A stretch of DNA of 64,000 nucleotides from Deltaproteobacteria bacterium (GCA_019306065.1 JAFDMF010000006.1:23519-87518), one strand, 5' to 3'; counted from the first letter of the stretch, positions 27,073 through 36,768 are shown. Notes: a model not told the origin generated them from the letters alone. Program-made: numbers and translations.

Positions 27073-28149
27073 ATGAAAAAAAGAATAGCGGGAATTAACG
27101 TGGCAAGAGCGCTTGCGGTTATCGGAATGATAATAGTTAATTTTAAAATCGTATTAGGAAAAACAGGAAACAACTGCTTAAAAGCTTTTATTCAAATATT
27201 TGACGGAAAAGCCGCGGCTACCTTTGTAGTTTTGGCAGGCGTAGGACTGGCGTTAATGACAAACTCGGTTATAAAAAGTCAAAACCGTCAAAAATTAAAA
27301 ACAGCCCAAAAACGAATAATAAAACGAGCGCTCTTTCTATTTATAGTCGGGCTTTCATACATAAAAATATGGCCTGCGGACATACTTCATTTTTACGGAA
27401 TATACATGATGGCAACCCTTCCGTTTATTAACAAAAAACCAAAACAAGCCTTAATAGGAGCCCTTGCATTAATCTTTATCTACCCCTTGTTACTTCTGTT
27501 TTGGAATTATGAAACAGGCTGGAACTTCATTATTTTGGAATACAAAGACTTTTGGACATTAGAAGGATTTTTAAGAAACCTGTTTTACAACGGATTTCAT
27601 CCAGTTATCCCTTGGACTGCATTTATGCTTGTAGGCTTATGGTTTGGAAAACAGAATATGACCAATAAAAAATTTATAAAAAAAACCCTTATAATAAGCG
27701 CTTCCGCCTTAATCATAGTTCAATTTATTTCATACCTCTCAATTCGTATAATCTCGAAAATAAGCGGCGAAACAATAGAAAGCTTAACCGAAATTTTAGG
27801 AACAAGCCCAATGCCTCCAATGCCAATATATATGCTAAACGGCATATTTGCCGCATTAACAATAATATCCGCTTCTATTCTTATTTCCGAACAATTTCAA
27901 AACAGTAAAATCATAAACGCCTTAAATAAAACCGGACAACTCGCTTTAACATTTTATGTCGCCCACGTAATAATAGGAATCGGAATTGTCGAAGCGATTA
28001 ATCCCGCCAAACTAGGCAAATACTCGATAGAATTTTCTGCATCTTACGCTATAATATTTAGCCTGCTTTGCGTTCTGTTTGCCATTGTTTGGCTCCGCTA
28101 CAAAAAAACCGGACCATTGGAACTTATAATGCGAAAAATAACCGATTAA
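27073..28149 (+). CDS. DUF418/HGSNAT-like membrane protein
   Basis: RIAGINVARALAVIG, DILHFYG, GQLALTFYVAH, GPLE; start moved to MKKRIAG. Confidence 0.8.
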   Translation: MKKRIAGINVARALAVIGMIIVNFKIVLGKTGNNCLKAFIQIFDGKAAATFVVLAGVGLALMTNSVIKSQNRQKLKTAQKRIIKRALFLFIVGLSYIKIWPADILHFYGIYMMATLPFINKKPKQALIGALALIFIYPLLLLFWNYETGWNFIILEYKDFWTLEGFLRNLFYNGFHPVIPWTAFMLVGLWFGKQNMTNKKFIKKTLIISASALIIVQFISYLSIRIISKISGETIESLTEILGTSPMPPMPIYMLNGIFAALTIISASILISEQFQNSKIINALNKTGQLALTFYVAHVIIGIGIVEAINPAKLGKYSIEFSASYAIIFSLLCVLFAIVWLRYKKTGPLELIMRKITD

Positions 28150-28197
28150 TCTGGCGAGATATATACGTTATGCAAATACATCCGGCTTTTTAAAATT

Positions 28198-28836
28198 TTA
28201 CCATATCAACGGTTTATGAATTGTAGTATTAGGAATAGTATCGGGCAACTGAGACGCTGCAAGCGCGCCCTTTCTTATTCGCTTATTAAAATCGGAGTAT
28301 TTCATAAGTTCTCTCGAAGGATGAGTTTTGCCGGGAGTAATAAGACCTATAACTTTTTTACGCTGGTTTTTTACCAAATTAAGAGATTCGGCTAAATCGC
28401 TGTCGTTTGATACTACTACTGCGCAATCATATAAATCAAGCCAAGCGTCATTTAATAAATGCAACGCAAGATTTACATCGGACCCTTTTTCTTCCGTTTT
28501 TATTACGTTTGCCCGCCCGATAGTATTGCCGAAACAATTTTTATCAATAGGGTATGCTAAAGGCTTACAAACATTATGACTGAGAAACTTGCCGTAATAA
28601 ATAAAAATTTCGGGAATATATTTTTTTAATGCTCTAATAAAAGTTTTTTGACGCGCCGACTTATTACGATCATTGTTTGTGTCCGATACATTTGCGGTAA
28701 AATATTTTATTGATATTATTTGATGATTGGGAAGAAGAAATTGAAATAATTTTTTAAAATCAAGCCATTTATACGGAGTGTTTTTAACTGCGCTATAATA
28801 AAAATTAAAGCCGTCAATATATATATAAGTTTTCAT
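28198..28836 (-). CDS. NYN (LabA/DUF88, PIN-like) ribonuclease
   Basis: YIDGFNFYY, EEKGSDVNLA, SNDSDL acidic motifs. Confidence 0.9.
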   Translation of the reverse strand: MKTYIYIDGFNFYYSAVKNTPYKWLDFKKLFQFLLPNHQIISIKYFTANVSDTNNDRNKSARQKTFIRALKKYIPEIFIYYGKFLSHNVCKPLAYPIDKNCFGNTIGRANVIKTEEKGSDVNLALHLLNDAWLDLYDCAVVVSNDSDLAESLNLVKNQRKKVIGLITPGKTHPSRELMKYSDFNKRIRKGALAASQLPDTIPNTTIHKPLIW

Positions 28837-28843
28837 AACCTCT

Positions 28844-28900
28844 AAAAAAGCAGAGGCTGCCGAAGCAGCCTCGCGCCCATCGGTCGAAACCGATGGGGTA
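28844..28900 (-). ncRNA. Candidate two-hairpin leader/small RNA upstream of the NYN gene
   Basis: CCCAUCGGU-UUCG-ACCGAUGGG, cgc, GAGGCUGC-UUCG-GCAGCCUC, then UGC-U6; TTGACA at 28951-28946. Confidence 0.6.
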
Positions 28901-29280
28901 ATTAGTAATTTAATGTTTAAGTTGGATATTCGATAAAATAATATTTGTCAAGCGTTTTTTTATAATTAGTCAATGCTAAAAAACCTACATTTTAAGCGTC
29001 AGCGATTTTGTCAATATTTTTTTTAATTTTAAGTTTTAAATTCTTGTAAATAGCTTACGGAAGTAAAAACCAATACCTTTTAAAAATTAATTTTTAAAAT
29101 AGACGCTTCTATTATAATATGATATGATAAACATATTTTTAAAAAACAAATTCGATTGTAAAACCGAATTGACGCATAACAAACTATTTTATTCTAGTTC
29201 AAAGCGAAAAAAATTTCTCGACAAAAAAATCAAACAAAATAGAAAGTTAGGCGGCAACTTTTACAAAGGAGTTTATTATT

Positions 29281-30120
29281 ATGAATATAAACGAACCGAA
29301 AATTACCCCCAATCAAATCTTAAAACTTAACGACCAAAATTTTAACCCGCAAAATATATGTATAGTAAGCGGCGCTGGAACCGGCATCGGCAGAGCCGTT
29401 GCAATAGCCGCCGCTTTTAACGGCATTCTTACCGTAGGGCTTGATATTAACGAAGCGGAAGGCGAAAAAACAAAAAAGCTTGCGGAAGATATAGGCGGTA
29501 AATTGGTTTTTATAAAAACCGATCTTGCCAACGACAAAGGTATTGAAACTGCGGTTGAAGAAGCCTCAAAACTCGGAAAAATAAAATTTTTGGCAAACAT
29601 TGCAGGAATACAGCATATTGATCCTATAGAAAACTTTCCTATGGAAAAATATGATCTAATGCAAAAAATAATGCTTCGCGCTCCTTTTTTTTTATCGAAA
29701 CTTGTAATCCCGTATATGAAAAATCAAAACGAACCTTTTGGAGTTATTGCAAACATGGCGTCCGTTCATGCCCATGTATGCACTATTAATAAATCTGTTT
29801 ATAATATTACAAAATTCGGCTTACGCGCGCTTAGCCAATCAATATCTGCGGAAGGAAACGGAAAAATCCGCTCCTTTACCATAAGCTCAGGATTTGTAAA
29901 AACTCCCCTTGCCCTAAACCAAATACCTTCCCAAGCAAAACAGCGCGGAATAACCGCAGAACAGGTTGTAACAGACGTTATGATGGGAAAATCCAGAGTT
30001 AAAGAGATGATGTCTCCCATAGAAGTTGCGAATCTTTTTATCTTCGGATTTTCAAAACATTCAAAATATCTTATAGGAGGAGACCTCTTATTTGACGGAG
30101 GCATGACATTAACATATTAA
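29281..30120 (+). CDS. SDR oxidoreductase, 3-hydroxybutyrate dehydrogenase-like
   Basis: SGAGTGIG, AGIQHIDPIENFP, ASVH, YNITK, FVKTPL. Confidence 0.85.
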   Translation: MNINEPKITPNQILKLNDQNFNPQNICIVSGAGTGIGRAVAIAAAFNGILTVGLDINEAEGEKTKKLAEDIGGKLVFIKTDLANDKGIETAVEEASKLGKIKFLANIAGIQHIDPIENFPMEKYDLMQKIMLRAPFFLSKLVIPYMKNQNEPFGVIANMASVHAHVCTINKSVYNITKFGLRALSQSISAEGNGKIRSFTISSGFVKTPLALNQIPSQAKQRGITAEQVVTDVMMGKSRVKEMMSPIEVANLFIFGFSKHSKYLIGGDLLFDGGMTLTY

Positions 30121-30261
30121 AACCCTTGCATAACTTCTTATTTTGCTCGTTTTCTATGTTATGCTCAAATTTTAATACTCGAAATACTGTGAGTATTACT
30201 GCGTTTAAAATTTAAGCATGCCTTGAAAACAAACAAAATCCTTTGTTATGCAAGGGTCTTA
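30118..30261 (-). repeat. Family D element, complete (144 bp), beginning at the SDR stop codon
   Basis: taaaacccttgcataac / gttatgcaagggtctta, 16/17 complementary, TA at both ends. Confidence 0.88.
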
Positions 30262-30297
30262 TATTAAAACTCTTTGACTGAATTTTAGACGCAAAAA

Positions 30298-30560
30298 AGA
30301 CGTCCAAAGTTTTTTTGCGTAGAGGCTCTTATCGCTGAGGAAATATCCATCATTAAAAAAATTTAATTACAAAAAAGGATGATTATAAAAATAATTAAAA
30401 GATTTCTCCCTTCGGTCTAAATGACAAGCTTCTTCTTTTTGCAGCGTTATTTCGACCGAAGTAATTTTTTTTTGTCATTTCGACAAACGCGGCGAGAAAA
30501 AATCTCTTAATTAACTACGATAAAAAAATATAATCGCAAGAAGCGTTACTTTGTATCTAT
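30298..30560. repeat. Mosaic of E left arm, C, B pair and octamers
   Basis: E 30298-30343; C about 30337-30400; B 30400-30505. Confidence 0.75.
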
Positions 30561-30596
30561 TAACCCATTAACAATTAACTAAAGGAGAAAACTGTA

Positions 30597-31679
30597 ATGA
30601 ACAAAAAAAGACTAATCAACGCCATAACCTTTGCAATAACCCTTCTTTTTCTTTTAACAACCGCTTATGCGGCGGAAAAAGAGAAAAAAATAAAGCTAAA
30701 CGTTCCTATATGCTTTTCTACCGAACTTCCCGGGTTAGGGACAACAATTTCTTGGATTGCAAAAAGAATCGAAACCGCAAGCGCAGGCTCTCTTAAAATG
30801 AAAATATATGAGCCTAATAAACTTGTAGCCCCTTTTGAAATATTAGATTCCGTTTCAACCGGCAAAGTTAATGCAGGGTATTCCGTTTCAGGATACTGGG
30901 CGGGGAAAATATCCGCAGCGCCCATCTTTTCCGCAATTCCGTTCGGACCGGAAGCAGGAGAAATGCTGGCATGGTTATATTATGGAAACGGCTTAAAACT
31001 TTATCAGGAAATGTATAACGCCAATAAATACAATGTGAAAGTTTTGGTATGCGGAATAATTGCGCCGGAAAGTTCCGGATGGTTTTCCAAACCTATTAAT
31101 ACCCCCGAAGATATTAAAGGACTTAGAATAAGATTTTACGGACTTGGCGGACAGGTTATGGAAAAACTCGGAGCTTCCGTAAGCCTTTTGCCCGGCGGCG
31201 AAATATTTCCGGCTCTTGAGAAAAAAGCGCTTGACGCAACCGAATTTTCAACGCCCGCAATAGACGAAAGACTTGGTTTTTATAAAGTTGCAAAATACAA
31301 TTACTTTCCGGGCTGGCATCAGCAAGCAACAGTATTTGAACTACTTATAAATAAAGACGTATGGAACCAAATGAGCAAACATCAGCAGACAGTTATAGAG
31401 ATTCTTTGCAAAGCCGCAACTATGGACTCGTTTGCATATACCGAAGCAATACAATCCAAAGCAATGAAAGAAAACGTTGAAAAACGGGGCGTCCGAAACA
31501 TGTATTGGTCAAAAGAAATGCTTAACGCTTACAAAAAAGCATGGGACGAAGTTGTTGCCGAGCAATCCGCCAAAGACCCATTCTTTAAAAAAGTTTGGGA
31601 CGACGTTAGCGCATTTAGGGCAGATTATAAAATGTGGCAGACTTACGGATTTTTGCCTCGTCCCGAACCGCCGAAATAA
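30597..31679 (+). CDS. dctP: TRAP transporter substrate-binding protein (TakP-like)
   Basis: Signal peptide, GYWAGK, PFGP, GWFSKPI, LRIR, PGGEIFPALE, PGWHQ. Confidence 0.9.
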   Translation: MNKKRLINAITFAITLLFLLTTAYAAEKEKKIKLNVPICFSTELPGLGTTISWIAKRIETASAGSLKMKIYEPNKLVAPFEILDSVSTGKVNAGYSVSGYWAGKISAAPIFSAIPFGPEAGEMLAWLYYGNGLKLYQEMYNANKYNVKVLVCGIIAPESSGWFSKPINTPEDIKGLRIRFYGLGGQVMEKLGASVSLLPGGEIFPALEKKALDATEFSTPAIDERLGFYKVAKYNYFPGWHQQATVFELLINKDVWNQMSKHQQTVIEILCKAATMDSFAYTEAIQSKAMKENVEKRGVRNMYWSKEMLNAYKKAWDEVVAEQSAKDPFFKKVWDDVSAFRADYKMWQTYGFLPRPEPPK

Positions 31680-31689
31680 CTATTAATAA

Positions 31690-31930
31690 TGAGAAAAAAC
31701 GCCCATTATTAAAAAGTATTTAATCACAAAAAAGAATGATTATCCAAAATAATTAAGGGATTTCTCGCTTCGCTCGACAGGACAGGCTTCTATTTTTGCT
31801 ATATTATTGCGATGAATGTTATTTTTGCTTGTAATATCAACGAACGAAGTGAAGAGAAATCTCATAATTATCTGAACTATATAGAGACGTTGCATGCAAC
31901 GTCTCTACTCTCAAACTTTGTATCTTTCTA
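31690..31930. repeat. Mosaic of C, B pair (31757-31863), A REP (31881-31908) and octamers, inside the TRAP operon
   Basis: gggatttctcgcttcgctcgacaggaca; atagagacgttgcatgcaacgtctctac. Confidence 0.8.
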
Positions 31931-31945
31931 ACTTAATTAAAAAAT

Positions 31946-32491
31946 ATGAATAACAACAATAAACCCCAGGTTAATAACAGCGTTAAAATAAGCGACGCCA
32001 TAGATAAAATCATCTTATCTATCGGGCATATTATAATGTGGGCAAACGGCGTCCTGATACTTGTAATAATATGTCAGGTTATTCTCAGATACGGCTTCGG
32101 AAAAGGGCTTGTGGTATTGGAAGAATTACAATGGCATCTGTATGCGCTCGGAATAATGTTCGGAGCCTCTTATGCCCTTACTTTAAATTCTCATATACGG
32201 GTAGATATTATACATAGCAGACTTTCTGCAACTATAAAAAGTATCTTGGAGCTTTTCGGCATATTTTTTCTTTTATTCCCGTTTGTTATAATAATATTTC
32301 ATCAAAGCTTAGACTTTGTTTATGAATCTTGGCGCGTAAATGAAAGTTCAATAGCGCCAATGGGGCTGCCTTTTCGATGGCTTATTAAAGCGGTAATTCC
32401 GATAACATTTGCAATGATAGGGCTTGCCGGCATATCTCGCGTAATAAGAATAATCAATAGTTTAAAAAAAGGGACTATAAATGGAATTTAA
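31946..32491 (+). CDS. dctQ: TRAP small permease
   Basis: QVILRY, ELQWHL, HIRVDI, 4 TM. Confidence 0.9.
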   Translation: MNNNNKPQVNNSVKISDAIDKIILSIGHIIMWANGVLILVIICQVILRYGFGKGLVVLEELQWHLYALGIMFGASYALTLNSHIRVDIIHSRLSATIKSILELFGIFFLLFPFVIIIFHQSLDFVYESWRVNESSIAPMGLPFRWLIKAVIPITFAMIGLAGISRVIRIINSLKKGTINGI

Positions 32492-33866
32492 CGACTATCT
32501 TGTTATAGCAATGTTTTTAACATTTATATTCCTGCTTTTTACAGGTTTTCCCGTTGTATGGGTTCTTGGCGGAGTATCCGTTTTATTTACGCTTGTAGGA
32601 TATTTATCCGATATTTATTTCAATACCTTTACGGGACTAAATTATTTAACATTCGGGATGTCTGTAAACAGAATATATAAATTTATGGACAACTGGGTTC
32701 TTGTCGCTCTTCCTATGTTTATATTTATGGGACTTATGCTGGATCGCTCCGGCATTGCCGAAAAACTTATGAAATCCATGCAAAACCTTTTTGGCAAAGT
32801 TCGGGGAGGTTTGGCGGTTACGACTGCGGCTATAGGCATAATTCTTGCGGCTTCAACCGGAATTATAGGCGCTTCCGTAGTTTTACTAGGGCTTTTATCC
32901 CTTCCCGTAATGCTAAAACAAGGATATTCCAAATCTCTTGCTCTCGGCGTAATAGCCGGGTCCGGAACGCTTGGCATTCTTATCCCGCCCAGCATTATGC
33001 TTGTAATTATGGCGGATCAACTCGGCTTATCCGTAGGCGATCTGTTTATGGGAGCCGTTTTTCCCGGCATTATTCTCGGCATTCTTTATATTACATACAT
33101 ACTTTTATTTTCTTATTTCAAACCCAATGTGGCGCCCCTTGATTCGGAAAGAAAACCGTTAAATATAAAAATTCTAACAGACATTTTAAAAAGCGTTCTG
33201 CCTCCCGTTCTATTAATTGTCGCTGTTCTCGGCTCAATATTCGCCGGCATAGCAACCCCTACCGAAGCAAGCGGAGTAGGCGCGTTAGGAGCTGCGCTTC
33301 TTGCTTTTTTTAATAAAAAATTAAATCTCAAAGTAATAATAGAAGTTATGAAATCATGCTTTAATACAACCGCTTACATATTTGCAATATTTCTCGGGGC
33401 AACATGCTTTGCGCTGGTTTTAAGAAGCTTAGGCGGAGACGAGCTGGTCGAAAGAGCTTTAACAGGCTTGCCTTTCGGACCTTACGGAATAATGGCGGTT
33501 ATTCTGGGGGCAGTATTTTTAATGGGCTTTTTTTTGGATTGGATAGAAATAACCTTAATAGTTTTGCCGCTAATTGCGCCGGTTGTATCCTCTTTGGGCT
33601 TTAATATAGACGGACGCGGCGTTGTTGATAATCCCGAATTAATATGGTTTGTAATACTTGTTGCCGTAACCCTTCAAACATCCTTTTTAACTCCGCCCGT
33701 AGGGTTTGCATTATTCTATTTAAAAGGAGTATGTCCGCCAAATATCAACCTGTTAGACATTTACAAAAGCGTAATACCATTTATTATACTTCAGTTAATA
33801 GGGCTTATAATAATCATACTTTTACCGCAGATTGTTATCTGGCTGCCGGCGGCTGCGTATAAATAG
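32481..33866 (+). CDS. dctM: TRAP large permease
   Basis: ALPMFIFMG, GTLGILIPPS, ATPTEA, SFLTPPVG. Confidence 0.93.
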   Translation: MEFNDYLVIAMFLTFIFLLFTGFPVVWVLGGVSVLFTLVGYLSDIYFNTFTGLNYLTFGMSVNRIYKFMDNWVLVALPMFIFMGLMLDRSGIAEKLMKSMQNLFGKVRGGLAVTTAAIGIILAASTGIIGASVVLLGLLSLPVMLKQGYSKSLALGVIAGSGTLGILIPPSIMLVIMADQLGLSVGDLFMGAVFPGIILGILYITYILLFSYFKPNVAPLDSERKPLNIKILTDILKSVLPPVLLIVAVLGSIFAGIATPTEASGVGALGAALLAFFNKKLNLKVIIEVMKSCFNTTAYIFAIFLGATCFALVLRSLGGDELVERALTGLPFGPYGIMAVILGAVFLMGFFLDWIEITLIVLPLIAPVVSSLGFNIDGRGVVDNPELIWFVILVAVTLQTSFLTPPVGFALFYLKGVCPPNINLLDIYKSVIPFIILQLIGLIIIILLPQIVIWLPAAAYK

Positions 33867-33909
33867 AAACCTAACGGTATAACGTAAAGCAGTTTTATAT
33901 CTTTTAATG

Positions 33910-33937
33910 GTAAAGACGTTGCATGCAACATCTCTAC
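33910..33937. repeat. Family A REP, followed by family C at about 33985-34056
   Basis: gtaaagacgttgcatgcaacatctctac. Confidence 0.85.
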
Positions 33938-34055
33938 ATAATAGCAATTCGTTAATACGATAAAAATCAGATCAACAAATGAACATCAACTTTGTCACTT
34001 AATTATAAACAGAGAAAACGCCCATTATTTAAAAAATTTAATTGCAAAAAAATAA

Positions 34056-34209
34056 TGTTTAAATTTCGATTTATAACAAAGTAGTTTGTTCAAGTGCAAG
34101 GCGGATAAAAATTTTAACCGCAGGAATACTTAAAGTATTTCGAGGATTAAAATTTTTATCCAACGCCGAAATTGGGCAAACTACGAAGCTATAAATCGAA
34201 ATTTAAACA
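34056..34209 (+). repeat. Family D element, complete
   Basis: Perfect 20-bp ends tgtttaaatttcgatttata / tataaatcgaaatttaaaca; full core. Confidence 0.92.
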
Positions 34210-34222
34210 AAGGAGAAAAAAA

Positions 34223-35002
34223 ATGGAATACAACCAAATACTATTTTCCATACAAGATTCAATCGGAACATTAACCTTAAACAGCCCCAAAACAATAAAC
34301 GCTTTGTCTAAAACAATGATAAGCGAAATGATAGACGCTTTAACAAAAGTATCGGCAGACGAAACCGTTAAAGTTGTAATAATAAAAGCCGCGGGAAAAC
34401 ATTTTTGCGCGGGGCATAATCTATCCGAAATGATAGACAACAACGCAAAAGAATATAAATTTATATTCGATCAATGCGTTTTATTAATGCGGTTAATCCA
34501 CGAAATACCCCAGCCTGTTATTGCCCGAGTTCAAGGAATTGCAACTGCGGCGGGATGTCAGCTTGCGGCGCAGTGCGATTTGGTTATTGCGAGCCAAGAC
34601 GCCAGATTTTCTACGCCCGGAGTTAAAATAGGATTATTTTGTTCTACTCCTATGGTTGCAATATCACGCGCAATAGGCAGAAAAGCGGCTATGGAGATGC
34701 TTCTTACAGGGCGCGATTTTTACGCGCAGGAGGCTAAAGAGCTCGGTTTGGTAAATAAAGTTGTTTCTTTGGAAAAACTTAACCGAGAAACCGAAGAACT
34801 TGCAAAAAATATTGCAAAAGCAAGCCGCTTTGCTTTAAGCATAGGAAAGCAAGGATTTTATGCTCAAATCGATCAAACCGACGACAAAGCTTTTCATTAT
34901 GCAAAACATACAATAGTTATGAATAACCTGTCTGAAGACGCGCAGGACGGAATCAAAAGTTTTTTGGAAAAAAAGCCGGTAACCCAATGGAAAGACAGAT
35001 AA
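34223..35002 (+). CDS. Enoyl-CoA hydratase (ECHDC3-like)
   Basis: FCAGHNL, ATAAGCQL, TPGVKIGLFCSTP; start moved to MEYNQ after AAGGAG. Confidence 0.9.
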   Translation: MEYNQILFSIQDSIGTLTLNSPKTINALSKTMISEMIDALTKVSADETVKVVIIKAAGKHFCAGHNLSEMIDNNAKEYKFIFDQCVLLMRLIHEIPQPVIARVQGIATAAGCQLAAQCDLVIASQDARFSTPGVKIGLFCSTPMVAISRAIGRKAAMEMLLTGRDFYAQEAKELGLVNKVVSLEKLNRETEELAKNIAKASRFALSIGKQGFYAQIDQTDDKAFHYAKHTIVMNNLSEDAQDGIKSFLEKKPVTQWKDR

Positions 35003-35065
35003 AAAAAGATATATAAAATAAAAAAGAATAAGAGGCAAAGGATACATATTTTTATAACTCTTATA

Positions 35066-35141
35066 TTGACAACAGCAAATAATACAATTATAAAAAGGAT
35101 GTTTTTATTGGTATTGACGATATAATTATTAACAATAAAAT
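35066..35141 (+). promoter_or_regulatory. Tandem sigma70-like promoters
   Basis: TTGACA-N17-TATAAA at 35066 and TTGACG-N16-TAAAAT at 35114. Confidence 0.45.
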
Positions 35142-35160
35142 TATAGGAGAAACATTAATT

Positions 35161-35562
35161 ATGAAAAAAATCGCTTTTATTTTTATGTTGGCGTCTTTAT
35201 TTGCTTGCGCTTTTATAACAACTTCAGGCAGCGTATTTGCATCGGACGAATCTGCAAAATCGGATAAAACTACAATCCGCTCCACGGAAGGCGATGTCGA
35301 AGCCTTTTGGAACAGCTTTGAGAAATGGGCTGATCTTAATTCCGCAGAACAAGCCGCTTGGCAAACTTTGGGATGGAATGAAAAAAGCTGGAACGAAAAT
35401 GTTGACATTTCCGCATCCGAAAATAAAAAATGGGCTGAATTAACACCCGAAGAACAAACCGCAGGAACAAGCTTAGGTTATGACGAAGTATCTTGGAATA
35501 CTCCTGCTCCTGCCGCCGCTACAGAAGAAGCCCCTGCAAAAGAAGAAGCAAAAAAAGAATAA
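35161..35562 (+). CDS. Small exported acidic Trp-repeat protein
   Basis: Signal peptide; two repeats KWA(D/E)L...EQ.A...LG(W/Y).E.SWN. Confidence 0.75.
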   Translation: MKKIAFIFMLASLFACAFITTSGSVFASDESAKSDKTTIRSTEGDVEAFWNSFEKWADLNSAEQAAWQTLGWNEKSWNENVDISASENKKWAELTPEEQTAGTSLGYDEVSWNTPAPAAATEEAPAKEEAKKE

Positions 35563-35573
35563 TTTATTCTTAT

Positions 35574-35615
35574 AAAAAAAAGCTTAATACTTTTAACAGC
35601 GTTAAGCTTTTTTTT
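35574..35615. terminator. Bidirectional terminator-like hairpin
   Basis: aaaaaaaagcttaa / ttaagctttttttt between convergent genes. Confidence 0.55.
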
Positions 35616-36768
35616 TAATTCTCGGTATTTTTATAATAAACTGTTCCCCTTCCGTATCATTTATAAACTCTATATCTGGCTGGTTAGATAGAGCCCTTAT
35701 TATGCCTGTCCCAAACCCGCTAAAAGATAAAATCTGCAAACTATAAGCAAGTATTCTATTATTTCTAACAACCGGATTGCCATATTTAATAGCTTCAACG
35801 GTAAGACTGTTAGGCAGTTTTCCAGGGCTTATAATCTCTATTCTGTTATCGAAAATCATTAATCTTATAGGCGCATTTTTAAAATAATCTCTATGAACAA
35901 GAGCGTTTATTAATAATTCTTTCAAAGCTATTTCAGATATTTCAAGAACGCCGCGGGTATTAAAATCTTCCGATTTTTGAATATGTTTTAGGTTTGACAT
36001 AAAAAAAGTCATTCCTTTTTCAAATATGTCCGGAATAACCCCGCCAATATCTCTCGGCTTATTTCTATATTCTTTGCTTCCGATTTCATTTCCGAAAAAT
36101 GAAACCGCTTTAACGCAAAAAGCCGGTTTGAATTTTTGAGGCTCTTTTCCGAAAAATAACAAACCCGCCAAAGTTAATCTGTTATTGTGCAATGCTTTTT
36201 TAAGTATAAGCGCCTTTTCAAAGGTCAAACCTGCCTCTTCTATTGTTTTATCAACCTCTTTTTTAAAATAGCTTTCAAATCTATCCTTATCAATATCGTC
36301 AATCGACGTATCATAAACATCCATTTCGTCTGCAGAAAAATTTGTTCCGCTTTGAAAAAGTCTCAACAGTTCGTTATTATCGGTTACTCTTCTTTTATCC
36401 GCTCCCTGTTTAATCCATATGGCATTGTTTTTATCTTTATAAGGTTTATGAATGTCTTCTTTAATATGTATAACCAAAATATTTTTTTCTTCTATCTTAA
36501 CCGATTCCGTCTTAATATATATAGGAGGTATAATATTATTATGAGCTACGTTTGCGGCAAGGTTTTGGGTTTTATCAAATTGGTCGGCGGATAATCCGAT
36601 AATTTCGCCTATTTTATCCTTTACCCCGATTATTATAATACCTCCGTCCGAATTGGAAAATGCGGTCATCTCAGCGGCAAAAGCATCGGGAGAATCTATT
36701 TTTTCTTTAAACTGCACGGCGCTTGTTTCGTTTCCGCTTATAATATCTAATAATTCTATCGAATTCAT
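35602..36768 (-). CDS. Schlafen/AlbA_2 domain + HATPase_c_4 protein
   Basis: ETSAVQFK, AFSNSDGG.IIIGVKD, ELLINALVHRDY, SPGKLP, GTGI; ATGA overlap with upstream gene. Confidence 0.85.
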   Translation of the reverse strand: MNSIELLDIISGNETSAVQFKEKIDSPDAFAAEMTAFSNSDGGIIIIGVKDKIGEIIGLSADQFDKTQNLAANVAHNNIIPPIYIKTESVKIEEKNILVIHIKEDIHKPYKDKNNAIWIKQGADKRRVTDNNELLRLFQSGTNFSADEMDVYDTSIDDIDKDRFESYFKKEVDKTIEEAGLTFEKALILKKALHNNRLTLAGLLFFGKEPQKFKPAFCVKAVSFFGNEIGSKEYRNKPRDIGGVIPDIFEKGMTFFMSNLKHIQKSEDFNTRGVLEISEIALKELLINALVHRDYFKNAPIRLMIFDNRIEIISPGKLPNSLTVEAIKYGNPVVRNNRILAYSLQILSFSGFGTGIIRALSNQPDIEFINDTEGEQFIIKIPRIKKKA

